A stretch of 62,105 nucleotides of DNA, the filler included, from Asterionella formosa (lineage: Eukaryota), in assembly GCA_002256025.1 (NCBI GenBank). It is 11 parts of 11 records of this genome, joined end to end, with 100 filler letters (N's around TTAATTAATTAA, not from the genome) between each part and the next. Parts side by side here need not be neighbours in the genome. Positions count along the whole stretch, not along the records: positions 56,560 to 62,105 come from NKIB01013022.1; 10 more parts are not named here. The stretch is one strand, 5' to 3'. Shown one piece after another: positions 60,647 through 62,105 of the stretch (its first letter is position 1; every line of letters starts with the position of its first letter). Under the pieces are notes generated by a model, which saw only the letters and a program-made list of their open reading frames with translations, was not told where the DNA came from and searched no databases. The position numbers were made by a program, and so were the translations under genes.

Positions 60647-62105
60647 GGGTGGCACTGCTGGTGGCAAAATCTTTCATGATCGTCGCCAATTGCAGCGCTT
60701 TTCAACTTTCGCTTGATAGAGCAACAATTATTCTGGGAAGGCTCACGATGTCAAGGTCTACTGCGTCCTACACAGCATGCATCAAGTGTCGCGGCGAAGG
60801 GAACCTCAAACGACCCATGTCCAAAAAAGCTCGCTCTCAAGCAAAAAGAAAAAAAATTGATGATGAACCACCATCACCAACACTGGCACCTTGCGTGATT
60901 TGCTCTGGATCTGGTCTTGTGGAAGGCGTACCCCCAACTCCTTCAGGACCAACGATCGCTATTGTTGGAGGTGGACTGGGAGGCTTAGCCCTGGCCGTTG
61001 CTTGCAAACATCGATCCATCCCTTTCACAGTATACGAACGTGATGCCGACTTTTCCGAACGATCACAAGGGTACGGTCTAACCATGCAACAGGCCAGCAA
61101 GGCGTTCAAATCGTTCGGGATCACGTTGGAAGGTGGTGTTACCTCCACTCAACATTTTGTGCATACACCGGACGGTGAAGTAGTCGGGAGTTGGGGCTTG
61201 AGAAAGTGGGGAAGACCAGACAATAAAAAGGAAGCGAAGCGTCAAAACATACATATAGCTAGGCAGTCGCTGCGCTGGCAATTACTCGAGGCCATGGGTG
61301 GACAAGTGGAATGGAATTGTCAATTGGTGGATTTAAAACAAGGCAAGGAGGGGGTCAAGATGACTTTTCTCAAAGGAAGCGAAACCCTGGAAAAAACTGC
61401 TGACTTGGTGGTTGGAGCAGACGGAATTCGAAGTACAACAAGGCGTCTATATGTGGGTGATGAGACCAGCCCACTTCGGTATTTAGGATGTTTGGTAGTT
61501 CTGGGCATTGTACCCCTTTCCAATGTAGTCAGCACGTCAGGCCTTCTTGACGGAGCCACTGTCTTCCAAACTGCAGATGGAACAACTCGCATCTACGCGA
61601 TGCCATATTCACCTGACAAATACATGTGGCAGCTTAGCTTTCCTTTGGAAGAAGAAGAGGCCAAAGTTATCAGTTTTGGTGGGTCTTCATCTCTAAAAGA
61701 TGAAGCTCTAAAACGATGCGGCTCCTGGCATGATCCCATTCCTCAATTACTTAAGGCAACACCAGAATCTCTCGTATCAGGATATCCAGTATACGATCGC
61801 TCAAATCTATCTCGACACATCCTAGATCCAAAGTCAATGATAACTCTCCTAGGCGATGCAGCTCATCCCATGAGCCCTTTTAAAGGTCAAGGCGCAAACT
61901 GTGCTATTCTCGATGGTTTGGATCTAGCCAAGGCCATCTACAAATCACCCGATAATCTTGAAGTCGCTGTGCAAAAGTATGAAACTGCGATGCTGGCAAG
62001 AAGTGCCACCAAAGTCAAGGCATCGGCGGAGGCAGCGCAATTTCTTCATTCGGAGATTGCTATCCAAGTGGGGGACGTGACTAGAGGATGTGCAGCTCAT
62101 ACCAA
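60643..62105 (+). CDS. FAD-dependent monooxygenase with an N-terminal CxxCxGxG zinc-finger pair; 3'-partial, absent from the ORF track
   Basis: Open frame from ATG 60643 to the window end: MRVALLVAKSFMIVANCSAFQL, CIKCRGEG..CVICSGSG, IVGGGLGGL, YERD..RSQGYGL, LVVGADG and LLGDAAHPMSPFKGQGAN. Confidence 0.9.
   Translation, partial: MRVALLVAKSFMIVANCSAFQLSLDRATIILGRLTMSRSTASYTACIKCRGEGNLKRPMSKKARSQAKRKKIDDEPPSPTLAPCVICSGSGLVEGVPPTPSGPTIAIVGGGLGGLALAVACKHRSIPFTVYERDADFSERSQGYGLTMQQASKAFKSFGITLEGGVTSTQHFVHTPDGEVVGSWGLRKWGRPDNKKEAKRQNIHIARQSLRWQLLEAMGGQVEWNCQLVDLKQGKEGVKMTFLKGSETLEKTADLVVGADGIRSTTRRLYVGDETSPLRYLGCLVVLGIVPLSNVVSTSGLLDGATVFQTADGTTRIYAMPYSPDKYMWQLSFPLEEEEAKVISFGGSSSLKDEALKRCGSWHDPIPQLLKATPESLVSGYPVYDRSNLSRHILDPKSMITLLGDAAHPMSPFKGQGANCAILDGLDLAKAIYKSPDNLEVAVQKYETAMLARSATKVKASAEAAQFLHSEIAIQVGDVTRGCAAHT

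Overview
Eukaryotic nuclear DNA, most likely from a diatom (ASAFAP plastid-targeting presequences, CoDi-type Copia elements, stramenopile-type Crypton relics, short GT-AG introns). The window is not one locus. It is 11 unrelated contigs of about 5.5 kb joined by artificial 100-nt N-TTAATTAATTAA-N linkers, so adjacency only has meaning within a contig. Host genes: two tandem plastid-targeted fasciclin (FAS1) genes, VPS51, a membrane-anchored papain-family protease, SPC24, RNase HII, an acetyl-CoA transporter (SLC33A1), ALKBH7, LSM10, a Zn-finger/FAD monooxygenase missed by the ORF track, and partial genes at contig ends. Most of the remainder is nested transposon debris: Copia, two Crypton tyrosine-recombinase relics, three pogo-like DDE relics, a PIF/Harbinger relic and MITEs. 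Two observations stand out. (1) tRNA-headed SINE-like retroposons in four copies; two have 17-bp target-site duplications whose removal restores the interrupted host reading frame. (2) The LSM10 stop codon overlaps (ATGA) the start of the downstream monooxygenase ORF, a candidate bicistronic locus. All family calls come from recognising motifs by eye; no database searches were run.
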